A model generated the notes under the pieces. It made no database searches. It saw nothing but the letters and a program-made list of their open reading frames with translations, and was not told the DNA's origin. This document shows, one piece after another, positions 39,656-48,728 of a DNA stretch of 64,000 nucleotides (its first letter is position 1; each line of letters opens with the position of its first letter). This DNA is from Eubacterium sp. (GTDB taxonomy: Bacteria; Bacillota; Clostridia; Christensenellales; CAG-314): positions 937 to 64,936 of the forward strand of contig CAVJWC010000005.1 in NCBI GenBank assembly GCA_963653425.1, written 5' to 3'. The translations under genes were made by a program, and so were the position numbers.

Positions 39656-39741
39656 TTGCCGTTGAATAGGTTCGGCGCGCGTTTTTTCCGTAGCCGTAAA
39701 CCAATAGGAAACGTACTGATTCCCAATATAAAAAGCTTATA

Positions 39742-39765
39742 AAGGCGCTCTCGGGCGTCTTTTTT
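39742..39765. terminator. hairpin plus T-run between convergent truA and the ABC permease
   Basis: aggcgct-ctcg-ggcgtct with G-U pairs, followed by tttttt. Confidence 0.5.
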
Positions 39766-39822
39766 CGTTTCAGGACAGCCTGCGCCTGAGGCAACGACCC
39801 GAAGCGTTTTTAACGCAAACTT

Positions 39823-40623
39823 TCACGAAAAGCGTCTGAGTACGAGTTTTTCGGCAAGAGCCACGAGAGCGTACATTCCGCCTGCCAAAACGCACAGAGC
39901 TATCGTGCAGGTCATAACGACGTCGAGATTAAAGACCTGACTGCCGTAGACTATGAGGTAGCCGAGACCCGCTCTGCTCACGAGATATTCGCCCATAATC
40001 GAACCCACCCAAGCCATACCGACGTTGATTTTAAGCGTGGACATAAGCGCGGAAAGACTTTGCGGAAGAACGAGTTTGAAAAAGAGCTGGCGTTTTTTTG
40101 CTTTCATGGTGCGCATAAGGAGAAGTTTGCCTTCGTCCGTCGAAAGAAAGCCCGTCAGCATGTTGAGCGCGGTTATTATGAAGGAAATAAGCACCGCCAT
40201 CAGAATTATGCTTTTTGCGCCCGTTCCCGCCCATACGATAATAATCGGACCGAGCGCGATTTTGGGAAGGCTGTTGAGAACGACGAGATAGGGTTCGAAA
40301 ACCTTTCGGAGCGTTTCGTTCCACCAAAGCCCCACGGCAATCAAAAGTCCGAGAAGCGTTCCGAGTAAAAAGCCCGATACCGTTTCGTAAGCCGACGTCC
40401 AAAGGTGAGTAAAGAGCGTTCCGCTTGTATAAAGGTTGAAAAAGGTATTTATAATTCTCGACGGACTGCTGAAAATGAAGGCGTCTATAATTCCGAGAGA
40501 AGCCGAGACTTCCCAAAGAATAAGGAAAACTATAAGAATCGACAGCCTTAAAACCTTAACCGAAAGGCTTTTGCGTTTTGCTTTTTTTACGAATTTTTCG
40601 TGTAATGGCGAAAGGTATTTCAT
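39823..40623 (-). CDS. ABC transporter permease (NitT/TauT-like)
   Basis: 266 aa with about 6 TM helices. EAA-loop-like MRTMKAKKRQLFFKLVLPQSL. Starts 5 nt after the ATPase stop. Confidence 0.85.
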   Translation of the reverse strand: MKYLSPLHEKFVKKAKRKSLSVKVLRLSILIVFLILWEVSASLGIIDAFIFSSPSRIINTFFNLYTSGTLFTHLWTSAYETVSGFLLGTLLGLLIAVGLWWNETLRKVFEPYLVVLNSLPKIALGPIIIVWAGTGAKSIILMAVLISFIITALNMLTGFLSTDEGKLLLMRTMKAKKRQLFFKLVLPQSLSALMSTLKINVGMAWVGSIMGEYLVSRAGLGYLIVYGSQVFNLDVVMTCTIALCVLAGGMYALVALAEKLVLRRFS

Positions 40624-40627
40624 TCGT

Positions 40628-41611
40628 TCACCTCCGATGATTCCCGTTAGCGTCTTTTGCGGTATTTCCCGACAATTCAGACCGATTGTCCTTTGCGGTA
40701 ATTTCAGATAATTCAGACCGATTGTCTTTTACCATAGTTTCCGACAATTCGTTTTCTGCGTTCTTTGCGGTAGTTTCAGGTAATTCAGACAGACTGCTTT
40801 TTAAGGTAATTTCAGACAATTCGTTTTCTGCGTTCTTTGCGGTAGTTTCCGACAATTCGGACGCAGTGCGGTTCGAAGCGATTTCCGAGCGGATTTCTTT
40901 GAAAAGAACAGGAAACTCGGGCGACTCTCTTCTTTCCGACGGAGAAAGAGCTTCGCCGAAACCGGGTTCTCGGATTTTCCTGACGCTTGCGGGGCGGGGC
41001 GACAAAACTATAATTCTGTCGGCAACCGAAATGGCTTCGCCGATGTCGTGAGTCACGAGAAGAGCCGTTTTCTTCTCTTTTTTTATGGCTTTATACACGT
41101 CGTCGCAAACGCTCAGCCGAGTCTGAAAATCCAGAGCCGAAAAAGGTTCGTCGAGAAGAAGAAGGTCGGGCTTTATCGCAAGAGTCCGTATGAGAGCGGC
41201 TCGCTGGCGCATTCCTCCCGAAAGCCTACAGGGGTTAGCGTTACGGAAGTCCCACAGACCGTACTTTTTAAGCAGTCCGCATACGTAATTACGAACGTTG
41301 TCGTCAAGCGTTTTTTCCGTTTCGGGACCTAAAAGCACGTTCCTCATGACCGAACGCCATTCGAACAGGTAGTCGCGTTGAAGCATATAGCCGATTTTGA
41401 CGTTATTCTTAAAGACGACCTTGCCCGACGTGGGCGCAAGCGTTCCCGAGAGAATAGACAAAAGCGTGGTTTTTCCGCAACCCGAAGGACCGACAACGGC
41501 TATGAATTCCCCCCTTTTTACGGAAAAAGAAAGCCCTTTAAGCGCGTCCGTCTGCGCCTTTTCCGAGCAGTAGGTTAAAGTTACGTTTTTTATTTCAAGG
41601 AGATTTTCCAT
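40628..41611 (-). CDS. ABC transporter ATP-binding protein (NitT/TauT-like) with a repeat-encoded C-terminal tail
   Basis: GPSGCGKTT, LSGGMRQR and LLLDEPFSALD motifs. The last ~75 aa (SELSETTAKNAENEL x2, KDNRSELSEITA x2) are encoded by a tandem DNA repeat. Confidence 0.9.
   Translation of the reverse strand: MENLLEIKNVTLTYCSEKAQTDALKGLSFSVKRGEFIAVVGPSGCGKTTLLSILSGTLAPTSGKVVFKNNVKIGYMLQRDYLFEWRSVMRNVLLGPETEKTLDDNVRNYVCGLLKKYGLWDFRNANPCRLSGGMRQRAALIRTLAIKPDLLLLDEPFSALDFQTRLSVCDDVYKAIKKEKKTALLVTHDIGEAISVADRIIVLSPRPASVRKIREPGFGEALSPSERRESPEFPVLFKEIRSEIASNRTASELSETTAKNAENELSEITLKSSLSELPETTAKNAENELSETMVKDNRSELSEITAKDNRSELSGNTAKDANGNHRR
40640..40870. repeat. tandem repeat lying in frame inside the ABC ATPase 3-prime end
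   Basis: gtttccgacaattcgttttctgcgttctttgcggta and gtaatttcaga(t/c)aattcagaccgattgtc units, each duplicated. Confidence 0.6.
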
Positions 41612-42087
41612 TTTTTACCTCGCGCGGTTTTATATTATATATAATGATACGGCGGGCAAAAACCGTTCGCCTTTTCGGGTAATAAACGCGGCCGGCGCTA
41701 TCTTAAACGAAAACCTTCCGTTTCCCGCAGGTAAACCTCCCGTTTCGTGTAACGGAAACCTCTCGCTTTTTTTCGGTAATCGCGCTTTTGCGGGAAAACT
41801 CAAGTTACCGTAGTTACCCGTAAAGAACGCGTTGCCTGCGACGCGAAGAGCAACGACGACGCGGAGCAACGCCCGGGGTTTCGTTTCCTATAGCCGCCGG
41901 CAGAGCAATCGTTTTTAGTTGCTTAAAACAAGCAAACTACGGAGCAAAGCGCTTTTACAGGGAAGAAAAACGCGCATAGTCTGAAAAGAGAAAACGCAAA
42001 AGGGGAGGGTAAGTCTTAAAGAGGGAAAGTCAACGGTATAAAAGTTTCCATTTTAACGAAAAGGCAGGGAAAAGACTCAAAAAATAC

Positions 42088-42116
42088 TTGATTTTTTGTT
42101 TCCGTTACTGTATAAT
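42088..42116 (+). promoter_or_regulatory. sigma-A type promoter
   Basis: TTGATT, 17-nt spacer, TATAAT. About 95 nt upstream of the 42211 CDS. Confidence 0.5.
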
Positions 42117-42210
42117 AACGGGGTATAGAGTCGGTTGTCGTTTTTTTGTGTGTCCGGACTTTCGGGCATTTTGTTTGCGGCAACGGGAAAAATAAAACAG
42201 GAGATACAAA

Positions 42211-43491
42211 ATGACAAAGAAAACCATACTCGTTATTATGGCGTTGGTTCTTATCACGGCTGTTCTGGCAGGTTGCCCCGCAGAAAACACCAAGAATTTT
42301 ACGCCCGTTGAAAAGCCTGCCGGCAGCACTATAGTTGACAACGGCGGCGTTGCCGTCGGATACGGCGAATATACTTATTTCGTAAACGGCAGCAGTGACG
42401 CTACCGCGGACAACACCTACAATCAGGTAGTTACGGGCGCTGTATGTCGCGTTAAAACCGAAGATATAGGCAAGGACGACGCAGTTATCGAAGTAGTCGT
42501 TCCCAAGATTTTCTATAAAGGCAATGCGGAATCCACGGGTCTGTTTGCTTTCGGCGACAGAATTTACTTCACCACCCCGGGCGTTGAAAAGAACAACAAC
42601 GGCGAACTCAAAGAAGGCGAACTTTCCATTATTTCCGCTAAGGTTACGGGCGAAGACGTTAAGATTCACGTTACCATAAGCTCTAACTCCGCTCCCGTAT
42701 ATTTCTTCGCGGGCGAAAACGCGGTTACGGCTGTTTATCTCGTAGATTCCAAGCTTTATTCTCTCAATCTTTCTTCGGGTAAGCCCGTAGAACTTGCCGA
42801 TAACGTAACGGCAGTCAAGGGAGATTCTCAGGCGGTTTACGCTTTGCAGAGCATAACCTATAAGGATTCTCAGGACGAAGAACAGACCAGAAAGTACAAT
42901 AACGTTCTTAAATACACGCTCGGCGCAACCGAAGTTTCTACCATTCTTAAAGGCGCTAAAGAAGACAACGCTCACGGCATAGAAATCACCTATGCCCTTA
43001 TAAGCGTTTACGGCGGTAAGCTCTATTACACCGCAACCAACACTTACGTTGCTTTCTCGGGAACTTTCGTTTACGACGGAGCGGAAAAACGTCTCTCCGC
43101 AAACACTCAGTCTTCCTTCCTTCCTTATAAGGACGGTATCTTAATGCTGAGCAACAGCTTCGTTTGCTATATAGTTTACGACGAAACCACGGGCGCGGTA
43201 AGCAGCACCAAGCTTATCTACACGTCGGCTTTCACTCCCGTTAAAATCGACGGTGACACCGTTTACTACACCAACAGCAACAAGCTCTATAAAGCCGTTA
43301 TCAAGGAAGGCGAAATAGTGGAAGGTAAAGTTCTTACTTCTTCCTCTATGACCGACAGCAACCTTTCTTTCGACATTATGGACGGCGCGGTATTCTTCAT
43401 CGAATCTTCCAACAAGAAGATGACGAGAGCCATTATTAACGACAAAGACGAAGTCGAAGAAACCACTCTCGAATACACGAAAGAAGACTAA
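42211..43491 (+). CDS. lipoprotein, DUF5050/beta-propeller-like
   Basis: Lipobox VLAGC. Recurrent xxxIYFT / KLYYTA / TVYYTNSNKLYK blades resemble DUF5050-type repeats. Confidence 0.6.
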   Translation: MTKKTILVIMALVLITAVLAGCPAENTKNFTPVEKPAGSTIVDNGGVAVGYGEYTYFVNGSSDATADNTYNQVVTGAVCRVKTEDIGKDDAVIEVVVPKIFYKGNAESTGLFAFGDRIYFTTPGVEKNNNGELKEGELSIISAKVTGEDVKIHVTISSNSAPVYFFAGENAVTAVYLVDSKLYSLNLSSGKPVELADNVTAVKGDSQAVYALQSITYKDSQDEEQTRKYNNVLKYTLGATEVSTILKGAKEDNAHGIEITYALISVYGGKLYYTATNTYVAFSGTFVYDGAEKRLSANTQSSFLPYKDGILMLSNSFVCYIVYDETTGAVSSTKLIYTSAFTPVKIDGDTVYYTNSNKLYKAVIKEGEIVEGKVLTSSSMTDSNLSFDIMDGAVFFIESSNKKMTRAIINDKDEVEETTLEYTKED

Positions 43492-43860
43492 TCCGATAAA
43501 AAATAAGATTTGACTTTATCCTGCGGGTAACCCTTGGAAGCAAAGTTAAATCCGACATTAAAACCAACGAAATAAAACCGCTTTGAATTCTTTTCAGAGC
43601 GGTTTTTTTATAATCGGTTTCGAATTCTTTTCAATGCGTTTTTTTATAATCGTTTTTTTATAACAGGCGATTTTCTGCCTTATAATCAACGATTCTTTGC
43701 CTTATAATCAATGATTTTCTGCCCTGACTCAAAGACCGTTTATCTGTTTTTACCGCTTACGTTCAAATGCGGATTCGTGACCCTCACCGCCCGAAATTAC
43801 GGTACGTTGCCTGGAATTAAGAGACGTTCACCGCCCGAAATTACGGGCTTTTTTCACGGG

Positions 43861-44000
43861 CGTTCCGTTCGTTATCGCCGGTTGCCCCGTCAATCGTTTT
43901 TATCCGCTGAAATAAGAGAGCCGTGGCGCGTAGCGTTTTTTCGTTTTCGCCAAAAACCCTTCTTTTGTCTTAAAAACCTTCAGAAAAACCTTTGCGCGCG
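43861..44000 (-). repeat. R-family dispersed repeat, copy 4 (reverse orientation)
   Basis: The reverse complement reads ...aagacaaaagaaggg...gaaaaaacgctacgcgccacggct...tatttcagcggataaaaacg...ccggcgataacgaacggaacgcc. This is collinear with the 3-prime two-thirds of 3322-3517. Confidence 0.5.
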
Positions 44001-44350
44001 AGTGTATACTTTCAGATACCGAAGGTCTGCGTTTTTTGCGTTAATCGCGGAGAGTAAGCTTTCCCGTCGTCTTTTCCGACAAACAAAGTCGAAAAAGCGG
44101 AAATAACGCGGAATGCTTACCTTCTTCCGCAGAGCGCACGGGCGGAAAAATCAAACGAGCTTCCGTTCTTTGTGGCAAAAAAGCTAAGATAACGCAAACG
44201 CTCGCAGGTTATTCAAAAGCGCGGAAAAAGAACGCAAAGCATAAACTGTTCCGCAAAGCGCATAATCGGAAAAAACAAAAACCGTTCCGTAATTAAAACG
44301 AACGCAAAGCGTTTTCACGAACCGAAACGAACGAAAGGGAGGGAATTAAA

Positions 44351-45130
44351 ATGGCACGAAAAATCGTAATAACGAGCGGTAAAGGCGGAGTGGGCAAAAC
44401 CACGTTTACCGCCTGTCTCGGCATAAGACTTGCAAAAATGGGGCTGAGAGTCGCTCTTATTGACCTCGACCTCGGACTCAACAATCTCGACGTTATTCTC
44501 GACGTCGAAAATCGGGTGGTATTCGATTTAATCGACGTTATCGAAGGGCGTTGTCGGGTGAAACAGGCTCTCGTTCAGGACGCCGACGTTCCTTTCCTTT
44601 ACGTTATGCCCGGTTGCCACAGCGAAAAACGTTCGGTTACCGCCCAGAATATCAAAGTCGTCGTCAACAGAATGAACGAGCTTTTCGATTACATCTTAAT
44701 CGACTGTCCCGCAGGTATCGACATAGGATTTCACCGCGCCGTTGTCTGCGCCGACGAAGCCGTCGTCGTAACTACGCCCCACGTTTCCAGTATCCGCGAC
44801 AGCGAAAAAGTCGTAGGAATCCTCGGAAGCTACCGCCTCAGCGAAATATATTCCGTCATCAACAAAGTCCGAGGAGACCTCATTCTCGACGGCGATATGG
44901 CTGATACACGCGAAATCTTTAACCGCTTCGCAACGAAACCCCTCGGCGTTATCCCCGAAGACGACTCAGTTACCTTCAAAGAACTCAAAGACCTTAAAGG
45001 TAACGCCGCCTCTTCTATAGATATGATCGCAAATAATCTCCATAACGGCTCTGCAAAAATGTTCGACTGCGCCTCTAAGTATAAAGGTCTCCTCGGCAAA
45101 CTCCGCCGTTCCCTTAAAAGAAACGCATAG
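44351..45130 (+). CDS. minD: MinD-type septum site-determining ATPase
   Basis: Deviant Walker A SGKGGVGKTT. C-terminal amphipathic helix GLLGKLRRSLKRN (membrane targeting sequence). GGGAGGG RBS. Confidence 0.8.
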   Translation: MARKIVITSGKGGVGKTTFTACLGIRLAKMGLRVALIDLDLGLNNLDVILDVENRVVFDLIDVIEGRCRVKQALVQDADVPFLYVMPGCHSEKRSVTAQNIKVVVNRMNELFDYILIDCPAGIDIGFHRAVVCADEAVVVTTPHVSSIRDSEKVVGILGSYRLSEIYSVINKVRGDLILDGDMADTREIFNRFATKPLGVIPEDDSVTFKELKDLKGNAASSIDMIANNLHNGSAKMFDCASKYKGLLGKLRRSLKRNA

Positions 45131-45600
45131 CCTTCTTTGCTTGCTTTCGCAGTTCTTTCTTGAAAGAAAGAACCAAAGAACTACCGTTCTTTGCCTTCCT
45201 TATCCTTCTTTCTTCTGCGAAGAAAGAAGCAAAGACGCACCCACTTTCTTTGGAAAAGAAAGTGGGCAAAGAAACTTTCACCGTGGGTGTAAAGTGAAAC
45301 AATATGCAGTCCGCTTTTGGTAGAACCGTGCGAACCTTAACTGCGTGACAGTATCAATTCTTAATAAACCTCATTCAGAACGGCACATTCATCAATATTG
45401 AAGTTCTTTGTTGAGCTTTCCCCTTTAACTTACTTTTTTTAAGAAAAGAAAGTAAGCAAAGAAACTTTCTTTGTTTCTTACATTGAGGTTTTTTGCGCAG
45501 CTTTTTCCCAAAAAAGCTGCAAGTTCTTTGGTTCTTTCTTTCAAGAAAGAACAAGGAAGCCGGCAAAGTTTCTTTGCTGCTTTCTTTTCAAAGAAAGCAG
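45131..45600. repeat. H-family palindromic mosaic repeat, locus 5
   Basis: gttctttcttgaaagaaagaac, cttctttcttctgcgaagaaagaag, ccactttctttggaaaagaaagtgg, core gtatcaattcttaataaa. Positions 45480-45552 match 52975-53045 (cattgaggttttttgcgcagctttttcccaaaaaagctgcaagttctttggttctttctttcaagaaagaac). Confidence 0.7.
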
Positions 45601-46703
45601 GAAAAACTTGCTCTTTTCGTCATCCAGGGCATAAGGGCGGGGGTGAGGTACTCGATAGTTATTGCGGGGACTATGACGAAAGGCGAGCTTACGAGGTTTT
45701 TGATGAGTGAAGAAACGGGTGTTAAGAGGGGGAGAGCGAGCATAAGAGCGGAGAAGACGACGGTTGAGAGGACTGAGGGGGAAGAGTGTGTTTTTATGTT
45801 AAAGAGGGCGTCGAAGGAAGAAAGACAGCAGTAGGTCATAAGGGCGAGTTTTATAAAGACGGAGAGCATCCAGAAAATGAGCGTCAGCCAGTCCAGCCTG
45901 CCTTTGAAAATGAGCGCGGAGTTAAACTGAGCGATTTTTGCGATTGCGCCGTTGTGGTTTTGAGCGAGTTCCCCGAAAATGCAGTAGAAAACGATATAGA
46001 GCAGGATAACCATAACGCTTCCGATTGAGAAGGCGAGGAGGGGTGCGCGGAAAAGGTGTTTTTCGGGTTTAACGTCTTTAATAAGGAAGAGAATGAAAAG
46101 GCTGTCCGCGAACCAGAAAGACAGTCTCGGAAGGCTTTTTATAACGGGAGAAAAACCGTCGTTGAGAACGGGCGCAAGTTCGGAAAAATCCACCTGGGTG
46201 AGAGAAAGGGCGGTCATTGCGACGCCGGCTAAGATAACGTAAAGCCCGAGAATATCCGAAACGCGGGCTATGACCTTTACGCCTTTTCGCGCGGAAAAAC
46301 AAACGTAGCATAAAATGGGGATAATAAATCCGAGCCAGTTGGTCTGAAGGGTAAGGGTGGACGAGAACAAATCGGACGCCGTTACCGAAAGGTCGAGAAT
46401 TCTCACGGTGAAAAAGACGAAATAAAGCGCCATAAGGATTTTCGTCGGGACTAAGCCGAGAGAATGGCGGAGAAGGGCTTCCGCGGGGAGCTTATGGGAA
46501 TTGTTTTTTACCGAAAAGAGAAGAGCTATAAGAACGATAGCGTCCAAAGCGAAGAGAATAAGGTAAGCCAGCCATCCGTCTCTGCCCGTTTCGCGCGCAA
46601 CGTAAGAAGGCAGATTTATGACTTTACTGCCTTCGGAAATGAGTAAAAGCATAAGCGCGATCTGAGAAATCTTCACGCCGTTTTTGTTTTGAATGTCGTT
46701 CAT
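45588..46703 (-). CDS. gerAB: spore germination protein, GerAB/GerXB permease-like subunit
   Basis: 371 aa, about 10 TM helices. N-terminus KISQIALMLLLISEGSKVINLP...GRDGWL is typical of the GerAB family. The C-terminal few residues run into the H repeat. Confidence 0.85.
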   Translation of the reverse strand: MNDIQNKNGVKISQIALMLLLISEGSKVINLPSYVARETGRDGWLAYLILFALDAIVLIALLFSVKNNSHKLPAEALLRHSLGLVPTKILMALYFVFFTVRILDLSVTASDLFSSTLTLQTNWLGFIIPILCYVCFSARKGVKVIARVSDILGLYVILAGVAMTALSLTQVDFSELAPVLNDGFSPVIKSLPRLSFWFADSLFILFLIKDVKPEKHLFRAPLLAFSIGSVMVILLYIVFYCIFGELAQNHNGAIAKIAQFNSALIFKGRLDWLTLIFWMLSVFIKLALMTYCCLSSFDALFNIKTHSSPSVLSTVVFSALMLALPLLTPVSSLIKNLVSSPFVIVPAITIEYLTPALMPWMTKRASFSCFL

Positions 46704-46704
46704 C

Positions 46705-46930
46705 GTCCTTTTCTGCCTGTTTTTGTTTATTTTTGTCGAAATTTGTCGCTTTTCGTCGCATTTTGTCGTTTTCCGTCGAATTCGGTCGTCTTTCCCCGAA
46801 GTCCGTCGAAGTTTGTCTTTTTTGCCCGAAACCTGTCGTCTTTACGCAAAGTTTGTCGAAACCCGTCGTTCTTCGTATATTCCTGTCGAAACCCGTCGCG
46901 TTCTGTCGAAACCTGTTGTTCCTTGTTCTT
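46705..46930. repeat. tgtcg-rich tandem repeat between gerAA and gerAB containing Spo0A-box-like heptamers
   Basis: Perfect TGTCGAA at 46734, 46854, 46884 and 46904. CGTCGAA at 46774 and 46804. Many tgtcgY half-units. All three plus-strand frames are open (ORFs 46689, 46693, 46733), consistent with low complexity. Confidence 0.6.
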
Positions 46931-46931
46931 T

Positions 46932-48356
46932 TTACTTAAAAAACCTGTACCGCGTTTTGTTTTTACTGCCTATGGACTTCGGGCGTTTCGTGAGTTTTTC
47001 GTCGGTTGCCTTCATAACGGCGTCGCGCTTGTCCGAAGCTATATAGGGCGCGAAAGGAGCCATATAGGGCGTTCCGAAGCAATCTATTCCCGTGAGATAG
47101 GTAAGAACTATGAGCGAAGCTATGATTATACCGAAAATACCCGTGATTCCGCCTATCAAAGTAAGACACAGACGAAGAACGGTAAAGAGAATGGTGTTGT
47201 CGGGCATTGCGTAAAGCCCTATTCCAGAAAGCGCGCCTATGACGACCGCGGGTGCGCCGAGGAGACCCGCTTTTACGGCTGCGTCGCCGAGAACGACGGC
47301 TCCCACTATGCTTAAAGCAAGTCCCGCGTACTTTGGCATACGGAAGTTGGCTTCCCGTATGATGTCGAACAGTAACATAACGAAAATCATTTCGGTGAGC
47401 GGGTCGAAAGGAATGGACTGCGTGGCGTTCATTATGGTAAGAAGGAACTTTAACGGTATTATCTGGTAGTTGTAGGTTTGAAGAGAAACGTAAAGCCCGG
47501 GGATAAATATCGACGCGAGAATCGCCATAAGTCGCGTATATCTCGAAAATGTTGCCGTCCCGGGAGAAATGAAGTAATCCTCCGACGTCTGAATGTCCTC
47601 GATGAACATATACGGAAGGGTTAAAACGATGGGCGAACCGTCGGCAATCACGGCTATTCTGCCTTCCAGCATTTTCGCCACGGCAATGTCGGGCTTTTCC
47701 GTTTTTCCGCACATCTTGAAAAGCGTAGAACCGTTTCCGTCCACGTATCGCGTAAGATAACTGCTGTCTATAACTCCGTCCACCTGAGTCTTTTCCAGCC
47801 GTTCCTTTATCTTTAAGGCAAGTTTCTCGTCGGCTATCCCTTCTATATAGCAAATCGAAACCAAAGTGTCCGTGTATTTCCCTATATTCAGCGTAATCTG
47901 TCTGAACTTGTCCGTTCTGAGCCGTTTTCTTATGAGAGTCACGTTCTTTTTAAGGCTTTCCACGAAACCTTCGCGCGGTCCGTTGGTTACCATGGAAGTG
48001 GGCGGTTCGGTTATTCCCCTTCCTTCCGCGGAAACCACGTCGAGCGCAAGCGCGTCCAAGCCCTTTTCGTCGAAAAGCAAAGCGTTTCCGCTTAAAAGAA
48101 GCTTTATCATTTCGCTTTTACCCGTAACTTTCCTTGCGTTGACTATTGCTACGCCCGAACCGAGAGCTTCGTCTAAGTTCCTGACGGGTTTTTCGCTCTG
48201 CAAAGCTCTGACTATAAAGTCCGAAAGCTTTCCTTGGTCGGTTATTCCGTCTATATACAGCGCCGTGAATTCCGTTCCGCCCGATTTTACGGGTCGGATT
48301 TTTACGTCCGCGTCGCCCGAGAGTTCTTCCGTTATAAGTTCCCTGTTGTTTGCCAT
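46932..48356 (-). CDS. gerAA: spore germination protein, GerAA/GerKA subunit
   Basis: 474 aa. GITEPPTSMVTNGPREGFVESLKKNVTLIRKRL is the hallmark GerA-family segment. C-terminal membrane domain. Confidence 0.88.
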   Translation of the reverse strand: MANNRELITEELSGDADVKIRPVKSGGTEFTALYIDGITDQGKLSDFIVRALQSEKPVRNLDEALGSGVAIVNARKVTGKSEMIKLLLSGNALLFDEKGLDALALDVVSAEGRGITEPPTSMVTNGPREGFVESLKKNVTLIRKRLRTDKFRQITLNIGKYTDTLVSICYIEGIADEKLALKIKERLEKTQVDGVIDSSYLTRYVDGNGSTLFKMCGKTEKPDIAVAKMLEGRIAVIADGSPIVLTLPYMFIEDIQTSEDYFISPGTATFSRYTRLMAILASIFIPGLYVSLQTYNYQIIPLKFLLTIMNATQSIPFDPLTEMIFVMLLFDIIREANFRMPKYAGLALSIVGAVVLGDAAVKAGLLGAPAVVIGALSGIGLYAMPDNTILFTVLRLCLTLIGGITGIFGIIIASLIVLTYLTGIDCFGTPYMAPFAPYIASDKRDAVMKATDEKLTKRPKSIGSKNKTRYRFFK

Positions 48357-48439
48357 TTTCGTTAATCCTTTTTGCGTTCGTTACTCCTTTATTATAAGTA
48401 ATTGCCCGTATTTAATACGGTTTTTTACCTGAGTCAATA

Positions 48440-48525
48440 CGGCTTTTTATCTACGCGCCCGCAAATACTTGTTTTCAGCGAATAAAAAACGATTGCCGCG
48501 GTAATCGGTGGTAACGAACGGGAAC
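48440..48525 (+). repeat. R-family dispersed repeat, partial copy 3
   Basis: ctacgcgcccgcaaatacttgttttcagcgaataaaaaacgattgccgcggtaatcggtggtaacgaacggg is collinear with the 3-prime half of 3322-3517. Confidence 0.45.
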
Positions 48526-48624
48526 TTACATTGATTTCTTCGTTCTGCGTTTTCGTCGGGTTATCCCGTTTCTCTTCTTAAATCGGTTTTTTGGGCGCAA
48601 AGCCGAGCGTATTACTTAAAATAA

Positions 48625-48653
48625 TTGCCAAAGAGCGGAATTTGTGATAAAAT
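48625..48653 (+). promoter_or_regulatory. sigma-A type promoter
   Basis: TTGCCA, 17-nt spacer, TAAAAT with TGn extended -10 (tgtgaTAAAAT). Confidence 0.5.
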
Positions 48654-48728
48654 ACAAAGATAGGCGGGCTGTTATCGGTTTTTTATTTTTTCTTTTTTAT
48701 AACGGTCTTGCCGAAGGAGTAACGTAAA

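Noticed and set aside
41612-42087. Possible riboswitch (for example TPP) upstream of the NitT/TauT-type ABC transporter
   Set aside because: I looked on the minus strand for CUGAGA / ACCUGAUCUGGAUAAUGCCAGCG-type TPP boxes and other familiar riboswitch cores and found none. An Infernal scan would be needed to exclude one.
43711-44106. 131-aa ORF in the long spacer before minD
   Set aside because: It overlaps an R-family repeat copy, is Arg/Phe-rich, and has no RBS. Homologous repeat copies are open in other frames and strands.
45141-45834. Small ORFs inside H-family repeats (45141..45323 and 45493..45834, also 20837..21097, 52986..53216, 53077..53370, 56230..56433) sharing peptides such as FFPKKLQVLWFFLSRKN and SFFCEERSKDAP
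   Set aside because: The shared peptides are translations of palindromic repeat DNA. They are read from both strands in different copies, have no RBS, and have variable frames. The conservation is at the nucleotide and structure level.
46689-47315. Three overlapping plus-strand ORFs (46689, 46693, 46733) in all three frames
   Set aside because: They arise because the tgtcg-rich tandem repeat lacks stop codons in every frame. Their downstream parts are antisense to gerAA.
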